A stretch of 64,000 nt of DNA from a virus: UHGV virus genome UHGV-1374678. One strand, 5' to 3'. Below are positions 51,306 through 62,071 of the stretch, in pieces. Within the stretch, counting starts at the first letter, position 1. Each line of letters begins with the position of its first letter. A program made the position numbers and the translations under genes. Under the pieces are notes generated by a model. The model saw nothing but the letters and a program-made list of their open reading frames with translations. It made no database searches and was not told the origin of the DNA.

Positions 51306-54116
51306 TTATTCACAGATGAAGTTGGCTAAAAACCTATCTTTATCAACTTTATATAGTAAATTTAATATTTTTCTTGTGTATTTTTCGGGATTGTATGTGC
51401 GTTTTTTTGAAGCCCCCGTTTCCGAGCTGATACCAAGAGCAAGTTCAATTAATCGATTAATTGTGACAATATTTCTAATTTTTATCTTAGATAATTCATT
51501 TAATACATTTTCGTTTTCTTTTTTTAGAAATTCAGCGAATTCATCATTATTCATTGTATTCTTTATTTTTGCTTCTTTAATACTGGAATCGTATTCCTCA
51601 ATAACTCTCATAATCTTTGTCATTTGTCTACGATTAGTTTCGCCCTTCATTTTAATAAAGAATTTCGATGTATCCACAGTTTCAGAAGTAGAAGCATTTT
51701 GAATTTTGTCTAACCAATCTTCCAACCAATTCATTGGACAAATCAATTCAGGATTTATACGACTCTTTAATTTATCTTTCTTTTCAGAAATTTCTTCTTG
51801 AGGTAGCTCTTTGCCATCTTTTGTATATTTTATTTCTCTGGTGTACTTCATAAATTCAGGAAAATCATATTTTATTTTTTTATCTTTCCCATTTTTTGTC
51901 GTGCCACAAATCTTTGTGATTTTCATAGATGGCAATTTACTAATACGATCAATTTCTTTATTCCCATCAATTTCATACTCACGTTTACACCCATCTATAA
52001 TTACTTGAGCAAGAACAGATAAAATAATAAAATTATCATAAAGTTCTTTTAGTTTGTACATATTCGGATTATCTTTTTTTAACTCTGTCCAATAGTATGT
52101 CATTGCTAATTGAGCCAAATTGCTAGAATAGCCAATCCCCATTCTAGATTTGGAAAATTTATTATCCATTGCAGCATAGTCTTTTTTCGTATTACTGTAA
52201 GTAATTCCAGATTCTTTTAATGCATTTACAATTGTAAAAAATTCTCTATAACAACGTTTTGCACATTTTACCATTGTTTTCTGATTGGTTACTAACATAA
52301 AATCCGAATCCTCATCCATCCCATTGGCACGATCCTGGATATCTGTATGAATACAATTTATTGCAATTATATTTTTACTAAATGGAAAATATTCTTTCAT
52401 TTCTTTTGAATATACATTATGTAGATAACAAATATTATTCGGAGAATTATGTGGATTTCTGAAGGCTGCTAAGTACTCACCATCTTCAAAACGTTCCGTA
52501 TAACATTGAATTGCATCAGATTCTTGAGAAAAAGTTGGATCATTTTCATAATTTTCTCCAACTGAATATAATAGAAGAGCATACGGATTTCCGCAAACTG
52601 TAAGGTTATCACCGTTTACGATTATCTTTCCTTTTCTCATTCGAAATACATATTGCTTTATAATTTCCTTTTTTTCATTTCTAAAAAATTTACTGTCTGC
52701 AAATTTCTTATTTTGCGAGTATAAATCCGCAAGCATTTCATAATGATTAACTTCATTTGCATTTTTTCTAAGAAATTTTTCAAATTCGTCGTTATCTACT
52801 TTTAATAATTCTATATAGTCTATAGTTGTTTGAGCAATCTCTTTTACATCTTCTGAAGAACATGGAAGAGTGTTAATCATTTGATAGCTTAATTGTTGAT
52901 AATTACCTAATTTACTAGGGTGATCTGTTTTAACTATTCCCCATATATTATTATCAGCACGAATACGATCACACCAATAGTCATAAGCTTCAGATAAAGT
53001 ATTTCCCATTAAATTAGAGAATTTCTTCCATTTAATAGCATTGTCTGTAGTGATCATCTTTATATTTTTTACATAATGCCAATTTCCAAACATATCTTGA
53101 ATTTGATATGTCTCATAGTCATATCCATTAATTTTACACCAATTTTTGAAAAATTTTTGGATATAACTTTTAAATGCACAAGTTTTAAACATATGGTTTC
53201 TTAATAATACCATTCCGTTAATATAATCGGGAAGTGCAAGATATGATTGGTCAGCTTCAATTAAAGCCATTCCATCCCATAATGTATTTTTTACTTCCCT
53301 TTTTTCTTCAACAACAACACATTTTTTTCGTGGCTCTTTTATCTTAACTCTTTTCCCCGTTACTTCATCCTTCTTTTTAACTTCAACAATATATTCTTCT
53401 GCTTTAACAACTTTTGTCATCGTTTCAAAAAAAGAATCTTGATCTTTCAGAATTAAAATATTTTCAACCGGAATATTAATTGTTCCAACTATAGTAGAAG
53501 TAGTAAGCGGAGCGTAAGCAGACATCTCAACAATTTTAGCATTGTCATGTTCCATTTTTTTACCAAGTCCAATTGTTAGCCAATCATAAGCAATATCATA
53601 TAATTTACTATTTATAAACATTACTTGTCCAAGTTTTGCTTTTGCACTTGTCCGGAAAAGCATTTCATAATGAATTGTTTCCTGTTTTTTAATGTCTCCA
53701 TTTTTATTTTTCCATTTATAAGTTACGTCTACACCGTTCTCATAAAAAAATTCTCTAATTTCATCACGATTTCTTTCATAATATAATTCTTTATTATTTT
53801 CTACTTTCTCCAGAACATTGATAAGTACTTCTTTTTCTGAATCAGAAGTGGCTTCTTTTAATAATTTTTCTATACGCTCTTTTTCATTTTCATATGATCT
53901 ACTGCCAAACTCATAGTCTAAACATATTATATCTCTAGTACTTTCATTCTTTGTTCCTTTTTTGTAAACATTCAATCCATTTTTTTGAAGAAAAAAACTG
54001 AACAAGCTATTATTTAACATGGCTTCTTTATAAGTGAAATAATCTCTTGTACCTAAGTTTACATCGTACAACATCCCTGCATTTATATTTTTTACCTTAA
54101 TTCCAAATTCGCTCAT
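51306..54116 (-). CDS. large hypothetical protein (936 aa)
   Basis: Long clean ORF with no recognisable Walker or polymerase motifs. Confidence 0.55.
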   Translation of the reverse strand: MSEFGIKVKNINAGMLYDVNLGTRDYFTYKEAMLNNSLFSFFLQKNGLNVYKKGTKNESTRDIICLDYEFGSRSYENEKERIEKLLKEATSDSEKEVLINVLEKVENNKELYYERNRDEIREFFYENGVDVTYKWKNKNGDIKKQETIHYEMLFRTSAKAKLGQVMFINSKLYDIAYDWLTIGLGKKMEHDNAKIVEMSAYAPLTTSTIVGTINIPVENILILKDQDSFFETMTKVVKAEEYIVEVKKKDEVTGKRVKIKEPRKKCVVVEEKREVKNTLWDGMALIEADQSYLALPDYINGMVLLRNHMFKTCAFKSYIQKFFKNWCKINGYDYETYQIQDMFGNWHYVKNIKMITTDNAIKWKKFSNLMGNTLSEAYDYWCDRIRADNNIWGIVKTDHPSKLGNYQQLSYQMINTLPCSSEDVKEIAQTTIDYIELLKVDNDEFEKFLRKNANEVNHYEMLADLYSQNKKFADSKFFRNEKKEIIKQYVFRMRKGKIIVNGDNLTVCGNPYALLLYSVGENYENDPTFSQESDAIQCYTERFEDGEYLAAFRNPHNSPNNICYLHNVYSKEMKEYFPFSKNIIAINCIHTDIQDRANGMDEDSDFMLVTNQKTMVKCAKRCYREFFTIVNALKESGITYSNTKKDYAAMDNKFSKSRMGIGYSSNLAQLAMTYYWTELKKDNPNMYKLKELYDNFIILSVLAQVIIDGCKREYEIDGNKEIDRISKLPSMKITKICGTTKNGKDKKIKYDFPEFMKYTREIKYTKDGKELPQEEISEKKDKLKSRINPELICPMNWLEDWLDKIQNASTSETVDTSKFFIKMKGETNRRQMTKIMRVIEEYDSSIKEAKIKNTMNNDEFAEFLKKENENVLNELSKIKIRNIVTINRLIELALGISSETGASKKRTYNPEKYTRKILNLLYKVDKDRFLANFICE

Positions 54117-54212
54117 TAAATACCTCTCACCAGTTTTTTAAATTTTAAATAAGCTCCAAAATCTCCATAGTTTTTTTGTTAAAATATTCGTAAGTTCAAT
54201 CGTATTCATTTC

Positions 54213-54650
54213 CTATTCCTCCACAATTCTATATTTCCTGTCACCATTCCAGATGATCAACCCGTAGCAATGCAATTCCATTGCGTCAAACATTCTTCCG
54301 ATGTCTTGTAAATATTCCAGTGGTTTCTTTAGTCCAATCGGAATCAATTCGTCTTCACACCTGGCAACTCCAAGCAACTTATTATTTCCATCTAAAGCAA
54401 ACACTGCACAATATTCACAGCCATTTTCTAAAACTAAATCTGAGCAAAAATTGATTACATCATCTGCATTATCTAACAAGACGCTAACTTCTCCACCGCA
54501 TCCACATTCGGGTGACTGTAGAAAATTTAATTCAGGATCTAAACCACAATCCCTAAGTGAAATAGAAGAGCAGCGTTGAAAATCAGATCCAAATAATCCC
54601 ATAATCCTGGGACGATTTCTCCAATGTTTTGTTTTCATATTTTCTCCCAC
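54213..54650 (-). CDS. hypothetical Cys-rich protein
   Basis: ORF. Confidence 0.4.
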   Translation of the reverse strand: MGENMKTKHWRNRPRIMGLFGSDFQRCSSISLRDCGLDPELNFLQSPECGCGGEVSVLLDNADDVINFCSDLVLENGCEYCAVFALDGNNKLLGVARCEDELIPIGLKKPLEYLQDIGRMFDAMELHCYGLIIWNGDRKYRIVEE

Positions 54651-54665
54651 AATATATTTATATAA

Positions 54666-54878
54666 TTACAAATTACTTCTTTGGAATTTTTTATTTCTGA
54701 AATCAGATTGAATTCTACGAGCAATGAATGATCCCTGATAATCAGGAAGTGTGATATGATAATATGTATCAAAGTCCGTCAAGTATACAGTCCCACCATA
54801 ATGTCTATGGAATTCTTCTTTACTTGGAATACGAAGTGTGTCATGGTTTTCTGTTTGTGTATTTGTTTCTTCTGTCAT
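54666..54878 (-). CDS. hypothetical small protein
   Basis: ORF. Confidence 0.35.
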   Translation of the reverse strand: MTEETNTQTENHDTLRIPSKEEFHRHYGGTVYLTDFDTYYHITLPDYQGSFIARRIQSDFRNKKFQRSNL

Positions 54879-54959
54879 AAATTGTCTCCTTTGTTTTAAA
54901 TAAGTAGTTCATCTCTGATCATCCTTTCTTGATGTGAGATAAGTTGATTGGTTTCTTAT

Positions 54960-54994
54960 ATGTTCTTTATTCTCTACCTGATGTGTGATATAAT
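54960..54994 (+). promoter_or_regulatory. extended -10 promoter (TGaTATAAT) with three TGATGTG direct repeats
   Basis: ctacctgatgtgtgatataat. Confidence 0.4.
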
Positions 54995-55072
54995 CTATAT
55001 GATGTGTATACACTGTGTAACCCGTTAACCAATATCACAGCTGATTATATCAGGCACGGAGGAATCGTGATT

Positions 55073-55333
55073 ATGCACATTTTTATTACTTATAGCTTGT
55101 CCATTATTTATCCTATTGTTATGTATTTTTCGACGAAAGGAGAGATAGTTGACTTGCTGAGTAAAATTCTGACACCTGCTGTGTTACTAGGAATTTTAGA
55201 TCTTATGAAATGCTGCATCAAATGTTATACTCAATATCAAGAACTAAAATTGCTCGTCACATCAGGTAAAGAACGTGTCGCCGTTACGAAAAACGGCATA
55301 TCATATGAAGATCAAACAAGTAGGAACGACTAA
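55073..55333 (+). CDS. small membrane protein on the opposite strand (moron-like)
   Basis: GGAGG RBS 9 nt before ATG; MHIFITYSLSIIYPIVMYF...AVLLGILDLM. Confidence 0.4.
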   Translation: MHIFITYSLSIIYPIVMYFSTKGEIVDLLSKILTPAVLLGILDLMKCCIKCYTQYQELKLLVTSGKERVAVTKNGISYEDQTSRND

Positions 55334-55405
55334 ATCTATTCTGTTTTCTCATCGTATGAATTTTCTATAGAGAGGTGTTCACACTTACATCTCTCTATAT
55401 ATTCT

Positions 55406-57280
55406 TTATTCTCCATCAAAATCATCTGGTTTGTTGATTTTAATTGTGTCTTTTATTGATTTGATAAAAGGACTTTGTTTTAAAAGTTTATTATTATTTG
55501 ATAGAATAGAAGACAAGTATAATTCTTTTTTCGCTCGTGTTATTCCAACATAAAAAAGTTTTTTTTCATCATCCATACTTTCATTCTTTTTATGAGGAAG
55601 AATATCATTACTACATCCAATAATAAAAACAACAGGGTATTCTAATCCTTTAGATTTATGTATTGTAAGTAACTGTACTTTGTTTTTATTCTCTATATCT
55701 AAATCTCTTGTAATATCATTCAAATGCAAGATAAATTTATTTAAATCTGTATATCTTTTAGCAATTGATTCAAATGCATTCATATTTTCTATCTGTTCAC
55801 AGAAACTTCCATCATCAGCTTGTTTACCTTTTGTAACAAAATCATCAATATCCAATCTGACTCTCAAATAAGAAATTATATCACCGATAGATGAGAATTT
55901 TTTATTCTGAAGATAATTAATTACTTCGTAAATTTCGTCAATTCCATTTTTAAATCTCCAATTTCTTCTATCAATTGACATCATGGAATTATAAAACGAA
56001 GTATTTCTTCTTTTACTATTATTCTCTACTTCCTGTAAAAATTTTTTATCAAGCCAGCGATTTGGTTTGTTATACAAATACTTAAATGATTCATTATCAT
56101 TCTCATACAATGCTAATTTAAGATAAGAGATTAGCAATTTTATTTCCGGAAGAGTTGTGAACAAGCTTCCATTTACAATATTATATGGAATAAGTCTCTC
56201 ATGAAAAATAGATTGTAGTTTTGTGAGCTGTGCATTTGTTCTGGCAAGAATTGCAATGTCATTATATCTATATTTAGAAATAAGCTTGTTTATATTATCT
56301 GCAATCTCAGCAGCTTCTTCCCATTCATCAGAATAAATAGTAAATTCAGGTTTCTTAAACAAAGGATTGCTTGCAAGGCTTTCTCTATAATTCTTATGTT
56401 TAGAATCTGGAATAGTTTCTGCGAATGTATTGGCTACTTTAATGATATCTTCACTGCATCTGTAATTCGTATTCAAATGCATAATCTTTGCATTATTATA
56501 ATCTTTCTCAAAATCAAGAATGTATTTGCTATTGCCACCACGGAATGAATAAATTGCCTGAAGTGGATCGCCAACAATCATCGTATTTTCTGTATTCAAT
56601 TTCTTTAATAAAAGGGATTGTGACTTGGAAATATCTTGGAATTCATCAGACAAAACATATTCAAAACATTTGGTATAATATTTGCTTGTATCTTCATCAG
56701 TATCAAGAACTCTGTTTGCTAGATTTAAAAAATCATCAAATTCTAAGTAGTTATTTTCTGATTTATATTTTTCGAAAGACATATAAATTTCTTTCATTTT
56801 TTCATATTTAAAAGGGTCATCATCTGTATAAATAAGAGTATCTGTCGGATTCAACATTGCATTTTTTTGGTTAGATATAAAACTCATTATTTTATTATAT
56901 GGAAGATCATCTGGACTACATAATCCCATTCTATTGCAGCATATATCCTTCATGACCTTTTCTTTTTCCCATTGTACAGTCCAAATCTTGAAATAATTTT
57001 GACCATACTTCTTTGCAATTATTTTTAGAGCAAGAGAATGAAAGGTTTCAATATTCACTCCAAATACTTTTAAATCAATTAATTTGTTCTGAATATTTTC
57101 TTTAGCCTTTTTACTAAAAGTGACAGCTAAAATAGAAGATGGATTTATAGAATGGTTGTTAACCATATTTTCTATTCGTTTAGTTAATACAGTTGTCTTT
57201 CCAGAACCTGCCGAGGCGATTACCCCGACATTTCCATCAATAGTATCAATAATATTTAATTGGGCTTCACTTAATTTCAT
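55406..57280 (-). CDS. UvrD/PcrA-family DNA helicase
   Basis: Walker A ASAGSGKTT, DEFQDIS, VGDPLQAIYSFRGG. Confidence 0.75.
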   Translation of the reverse strand: MKLSEAQLNIIDTIDGNVGVIASAGSGKTTVLTKRIENMVNNHSINPSSILAVTFSKKAKENIQNKLIDLKVFGVNIETFHSLALKIIAKKYGQNYFKIWTVQWEKEKVMKDICCNRMGLCSPDDLPYNKIMSFISNQKNAMLNPTDTLIYTDDDPFKYEKMKEIYMSFEKYKSENNYLEFDDFLNLANRVLDTDEDTSKYYTKCFEYVLSDEFQDISKSQSLLLKKLNTENTMIVGDPLQAIYSFRGGNSKYILDFEKDYNNAKIMHLNTNYRCSEDIIKVANTFAETIPDSKHKNYRESLASNPLFKKPEFTIYSDEWEEAAEIADNINKLISKYRYNDIAILARTNAQLTKLQSIFHERLIPYNIVNGSLFTTLPEIKLLISYLKLALYENDNESFKYLYNKPNRWLDKKFLQEVENNSKRRNTSFYNSMMSIDRRNWRFKNGIDEIYEVINYLQNKKFSSIGDIISYLRVRLDIDDFVTKGKQADDGSFCEQIENMNAFESIAKRYTDLNKFILHLNDITRDLDIENKNKVQLLTIHKSKGLEYPVVFIIGCSNDILPHKKNESMDDEKKLFYVGITRAKKELYLSSILSNNNKLLKQSPFIKSIKDTIKINKPDDFDGE

Positions 57281-57285
57281 TTGTA

Positions 57286-58392
57286 TTAATCCTTTCTTTT
57301 TGCGTTTACTTGAAGACTGTAGTTGTCTTCAATTGATTTTTCTTTTATTCTGTTTCCAAGATATTCCGTATTATTATCAACGGTTATTTCGCATAGATTT
57401 TCAAAAGAGAGTAAATAGTCATCCTTGCTCAATAAATATTTAGTAATGTTTTTATCAAATCTATTCTCTGCATTCTCTAAAATCATACGTGTAAATTCTT
57501 TATTGAAATTCTCTACAATATCTTTGATAGAATATTCTTCAAAACAATTTAATAAAAACTTACATTTATCTAAATGCACATAATAAGCTTCATAAGTTTT
57601 GTAAAAATATTTTATTTTCTTTTTGTACAATTCTTTCTTAAGAACTTCTTGGAAGTATTTTGCTTTTGTACTATAATATCTTTCACCTGCATTTTCGATA
57701 TTTGCTGCTTTATCCGCAATTGCAATGCATTGAGCGTAATAATCCATATCCTCTTTTGTTGCTTGTTTTGAAGAAAGCGTTACATTAACTTCAACATGTC
57801 CATCTTGATCAATGGTAGATTTACCATCAGATTCTTCAATATTAACCCGATTAACTTGTCTCCATATAATAAGCCCAGCTGCTTGTAAATAATTCAAAGC
57901 GTTTTCTATGTACCAATTAATCATATGGTCTGTCTTATCATAAAATTCATTAATCTCATTCGTATTGATCTGAAATTCCTTACTTGTGTCTTCTCTGTTG
58001 TACTTTACCAGATCATAATTACAATTAACCATATTAATTTCTCTTGCCCATTTACCAACTGTAATATCTATACTATTATTCTCATCATGTCCATTAATTA
58101 ATGAGTTAAGAATCAACGGAACAATGTATTGATACAAAGACTTGTTCATCTTATTAAAATTTGATGGAAGAGGATACTGGTAAATTTCTGTGATTTCATA
58201 TGTACGTTTACCATCTAACTTTTCACATTCTTTTAAAACACAATATTTGTTTACTTTTTTCAATAGAGCACTTTTGTATGAACCTATAAAACGTCCTTTT
58301 TCTTTATAAGATTTTTTTTGAGAATCACTTCCAAATAAATCTACAAGTTCTTGCTCTGTTATTTTTCCTAATTTAATTTTTTCTGTGTCCAT
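57286..58392 (-). CDS. hypothetical protein
   Basis: ORF. Confidence 0.5.
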   Translation of the reverse strand: MDTEKIKLGKITEQELVDLFGSDSQKKSYKEKGRFIGSYKSALLKKVNKYCVLKECEKLDGKRTYEITEIYQYPLPSNFNKMNKSLYQYIVPLILNSLINGHDENNSIDITVGKWAREINMVNCNYDLVKYNREDTSKEFQINTNEINEFYDKTDHMINWYIENALNYLQAAGLIIWRQVNRVNIEESDGKSTIDQDGHVEVNVTLSSKQATKEDMDYYAQCIAIADKAANIENAGERYYSTKAKYFQEVLKKELYKKKIKYFYKTYEAYYVHLDKCKFLLNCFEEYSIKDIVENFNKEFTRMILENAENRFDKNITKYLLSKDDYLLSFENLCEITVDNNTEYLGNRIKEKSIEDNYSLQVNAKRKD

Positions 58393-58527
58393 TTCTTTTC
58401 CTCCATAAGTGTAATTTAAACTGAACTAATTACTATTAGCTCTCTATATATATTCTTTTGTAAATAAAATGAAAATTAAAACGATTTATTTTGATAATGA
58501 TATTAAGAAGTTGTAAAATGAAATTTT

Positions 58528-58696
58528 GAAAAATACTGCATACTCTCACTATAATATATATTATATAGTGATACTTTGCAGTATTTTTATTTGAGAGTAT
58601 TTTAAACCTTGAAATTACTGCATTTGTTGATGGTTTTAAAAATCATGCAGTTTCTCACTATAATATAATATATATAGTGAGGGTTTGCATGATTTT
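58528..58696. repeat. two 60-bp imperfect palindromes (58528-58587 and 58637-58696); candidate origin or operator
   Basis: Outer arms AAAAATACTGCA / AAAAATCATGCA, inner arms TCACTATA / CTCACTATA, AT-rich centre; a third A(A/T)TACTGCAT half-site at 58613. Confidence 0.6.
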
Positions 58697-58904
58697 TGGA
58701 ATTATATTCATTTTCTATTGAGTTTATGGGCTTTTGGCAATAATTATTTTACTTAAATAAAACTCTATCAAAATTAATGTTTACATCTTTGAAATGTTGA
58801 GTGACAACGAAACATTGCAAAGATAAAATGTTTGCAAACCTACTGGATTTGCGAACATTTTGAACGCCATAGGCGATTACATTACTCTTCAGTATTTTAT
58901 AATT

Positions 58905-59192
58905 TTATCTTTCTTCATTCTCTTTTCTATAGAAATTACATGGTACAGTTCCAAAAGTTTCTGTTGTAATAAGTTTAAATTTCATAATTTTCATTTCTCT
59001 TTTATTTTTAATCTTTGCTATGGTTAGAGGATAGTTATGCAAGATGAATAATTCGTTAGACAATATATTATTCTCATGTTTTTCAAAACAATTTATTAAA
59101 CTTATTATGAAATTTATTTTTGATTTTTCTTTCAATATACAAAGCGTTACAGTAAAATCTTTGTCTGGTTTAAAAGTACCCCGGTATGACAT
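58905..59192 (-). CDS. hypothetical small protein
   Basis: ORF. Confidence 0.35.
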   Translation of the reverse strand: MSYRGTFKPDKDFTVTLCILKEKSKINFIISLINCFEKHENNILSNELFILHNYPLTIAKIKNKREMKIMKFKLITTETFGTVPCNFYRKENEER

Positions 59193-59415
59193 ATGTGGAC
59201 TGTTTCTGATATGGCAATCTGATGGGCTATGATAAAGAAATGGATGCTAAAATTAATTTTATAGTGGGTGGTGTAAAGTTGTTAGGGTAGAAGAGTAAGT
59301 TCTAAAATTGAGTGGATTTTTATTGATTTAAGCAAGTGGTTGACTAAAACACATAATTTTATCATAAAAATAAGACAGGATTAATTTCCTGCCTTATAAA
59401 ATATTTTATTTATTG

Positions 59416-60531
59416 TTATTTTCCTACTTCAGTAGGTTCTTCCAAAAAATCTTGATTGTCAGATAAATTGCCAATTATATGATCTGCCATTAACCAATTA
59501 GATTCAGGTCTTGCGATTAATCTTGCATCTATATAAGCCATTTCCATTGAAAGACATGTGGTTGCTAAATAATTTCCATTTTTTAATTGATCTAAAACAA
59601 GTGCAACACTTGGAGTCTCATCTTTCCCAAAACATAATGGAACAAGTAATTGGATTTTATTTTTATAATAATGCGGCACTGCTAATTTATAATTTGCTTT
59701 TATTTTTTCTATGGCTTTGTCAATAACGCCATTTAATGTTTCTAATGGAGTGTCACTGTTTTTTATAGAATCTGGTAGTCTTTTACTCGTATTCAAATCA
59801 TCTAAAATATGTTCATTATTAACAATTACTTTATTATGCCAGTTAAAAATTAATCTGTTTGGATCTGAAAAATAATCAGCTCTTTCTGGTGGATTGGTTT
59901 CTAAGTCAAGTTTTTCCAATTCATATTCATCTTTAAAGCCTTTAAAGAACCATTTCTGAACAATATCTTCATCAGAAGCTTTTAAATTAATTTCGCCATA
60001 TACATAGATTGGTTTATAATAATGCGAAAATAAACCAGTATTAAATACACAATATTTATCTGTCTCAATTACCTTATTTTCTTCTTGTAATTTTTTAAAA
60101 GTATAATTTAAATAATTTTTTAGAATAAAATAATTATCTTTTTTCTTAAAATTCCATTTTTCTGGCAATGCCTTTTCAGCCAAGCTTTTCATTTGTGCAT
60201 TATAATCTCCCCAATACATATAATCATAAATACTCATAGTTTTATCCTCCTTTTGAATAAGATCGTTTGTTGTATCTATTTTATCATTGTTACACATTTG
60301 AGTAAATGATTCTTTTGGAAGATATTCTTCATAACTATTATAATTATAATCTATATGCCATTTTTCTTCTTTTGGCATTTCAATAGACCATCCATCTTTA
60401 TCTAAAAGGACATTATGTGATCCAATAGCGATTAGCATTGCCTGGTATCTATCTTCAGCTTCAATAACTGCAAGATGATGTTTTTCTTTGTGATTTTTAT
60501 AATTCCACATTGGTACTAAATATTTTCCCAT
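59416..60531 (-). CDS. hypothetical protein
   Basis: ORF. Confidence 0.5.
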   Translation of the reverse strand: MGKYLVPMWNYKNHKEKHHLAVIEAEDRYQAMLIAIGSHNVLLDKDGWSIEMPKEEKWHIDYNYNSYEEYLPKESFTQMCNNDKIDTTNDLIQKEDKTMSIYDYMYWGDYNAQMKSLAEKALPEKWNFKKKDNYFILKNYLNYTFKKLQEENKVIETDKYCVFNTGLFSHYYKPIYVYGEINLKASDEDIVQKWFFKGFKDEYELEKLDLETNPPERADYFSDPNRLIFNWHNKVIVNNEHILDDLNTSKRLPDSIKNSDTPLETLNGVIDKAIEKIKANYKLAVPHYYKNKIQLLVPLCFGKDETPSVALVLDQLKNGNYLATTCLSMEMAYIDARLIARPESNWLMADHIIGNLSDNQDFLEEPTEVGK

Positions 60532-60721
60532 AACTGATTCTCCTCTGATTTTTATTTGGTGTATATTTACTTATTCTCATATGCCGTTTGTTATACTTTT
60601 TGATATTAATTTTGAGCTAGAATCCATTTTTATATGCTCAGTGGTAAATTGTGTATCTGAGATACTATAAGCTGAAATTGAGTCGATTTTTATGTCATAA
60701 GTAAGCTAATCCAGAAAATGC

Positions 60722-61297
60722 TTATAAGTCAAAGGTTTTCTGCATGATGTAGTTATATGGTTCTTCATAATACAAATCTCTTGCAGTCTGCATGAATTTT
60801 TGAACGGCACATCCATAGTCTTCCATGGGATTGGATAATATCTTTTTAATAACATCTGCATCCATTTCTTCTGTGAATAAATGATTCGCAGGAGATCCCT
60901 GCCCATCTTCATTACAAAATCCTTTTACTTTGCCGGTACCTTTGAGATCCAAGATAGTTAGTGCCTTGAATCCATACATGAGATTTATAATGATTGAAAT
61001 TGATTTTCCTCTGTAAGGAACGTTAATTGATCCGTGCATAAGTTTGTGAGTGTCATGATGAATGAAGATATATCCCGCAATTGTTTTATAAATGTCATAA
61101 GACCCATTTACCATATAAATGAAAGCATTGATATAGCATACATTTGATGATGTTCTGGAAAGTGTTTGAAAGAACTCATAATCCTTTTCTGTATATGTTT
61201 TGTCTGGAATGTCTCCGTAGCGGACTTTTACTATGTCTTTTGGATGATTTGCCCAGGAAGGAAATTCTGTTAATATCTGTTCTTTTGTCAAACGCAT
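60722..61297 (-). CDS. hypothetical protein
   Basis: ORF. Confidence 0.45.
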   Translation of the reverse strand: MRLTKEQILTEFPSWANHPKDIVKVRYGDIPDKTYTEKDYEFFQTLSRTSSNVCYINAFIYMVNGSYDIYKTIAGYIFIHHDTHKLMHGSINVPYRGKSISIIINLMYGFKALTILDLKGTGKVKGFCNEDGQGSPANHLFTEEMDADVIKKILSNPMEDYGCAVQKFMQTARDLYYEEPYNYIMQKTFDL

Positions 61298-61439
61298 TTT
61301 ATAACTCCTTTTGTTTTATATTTGATTTATTTAACTAATAAAAATTGACGGTGGAAGATTGGCAGTTGGAATAGACAATATTATTATTCTCCAGAATAGA
61401 AACATAAAGATTGTATGTTTTGAATTGGCATCAGTAGAG

Positions 61440-61930
61440 TTTAAATAATTATTTTGAAGGTAGATTTGATTTTTATGAATGGTATGAGGATTTATTTGTT
61501 TAATTACTAAAATGCGAAATTGGTGTGATTTTTGATGATTTGGATTTGTTATTGAGTGACTGGGTGTAGATTTGTTACACAATTTATACGATGAAAATCC
61601 GGTCGATTTTTGAAAATTTTGCATGAAAAATATGGTATCGAAAAAATGTGTTTTATATATAAGAAAATTTTAAATCAAAGTAGAGTTTCTGATAATTCTG
61701 ATGTTCTAAATTTGGATTTTACAGGGTTAATTTTTGGCGTAGTTAAAGGGATTTTACGATAAGGGGTACGATAAGGAATTTTGGTTAGGTGATGGTTGAT
61801 TTTTGGCTTGGTTGTGGGATTTTTTAAGGATTGATATTGAGGAGGAAATTTGATGAATTTTTTTGGATTGGAGGAGATGGGAGAGGAAAGAGGGAAGAGG
61901 GTGATCATGAATTTGTTAGGGGTGATTTTG
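61440..61930 (+). repeat. C-depleted GT-rich tract with GATTTTT-type iteron-like repeats and a 36-nt polypurine run
   Basis: Several 60-nt lines have 0-3 C on the plus strand; ggaggagatgggagaggaaagagggaagagggtga; acgataagg repeated twice. Confidence 0.55.
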
Positions 61931-62071
61931 AACTTAGTGTGTGATTTGAACAGCTATAGGGCTGTGAATGAAAAAATGTTACTTCCTAGTTTTTTCCTCC
62001 CCCGCATTTTTTATTGCACGTCAAAAAACCCGTACTTTTGTTATTTTTGCGGATTTTTAGTAGTACTTTGA
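61853..62071 (+). CDS. possible small hydrophobic protein
   Basis: GAGGAGG RBS 7 nt before ATG; could equally be a composition artefact. Confidence 0.25.
   Translation: MNFFGLEEMGEERGKRVIMNLLGVILNLVCDLNSYRAVNEKMLLPSFFLPRIFYCTSKNPYFCYFCGFLVVL

Noticed and set aside
61331-61908. Minus-strand ORFs 61331..61624 and 61675..61908 encoding Pro/Lys/Thr-rich peptides
   Set aside because: They are the reverse complement of a C-depleted GT-rich tract. Low-complexity sequence with no RBS points to a composition artefact.
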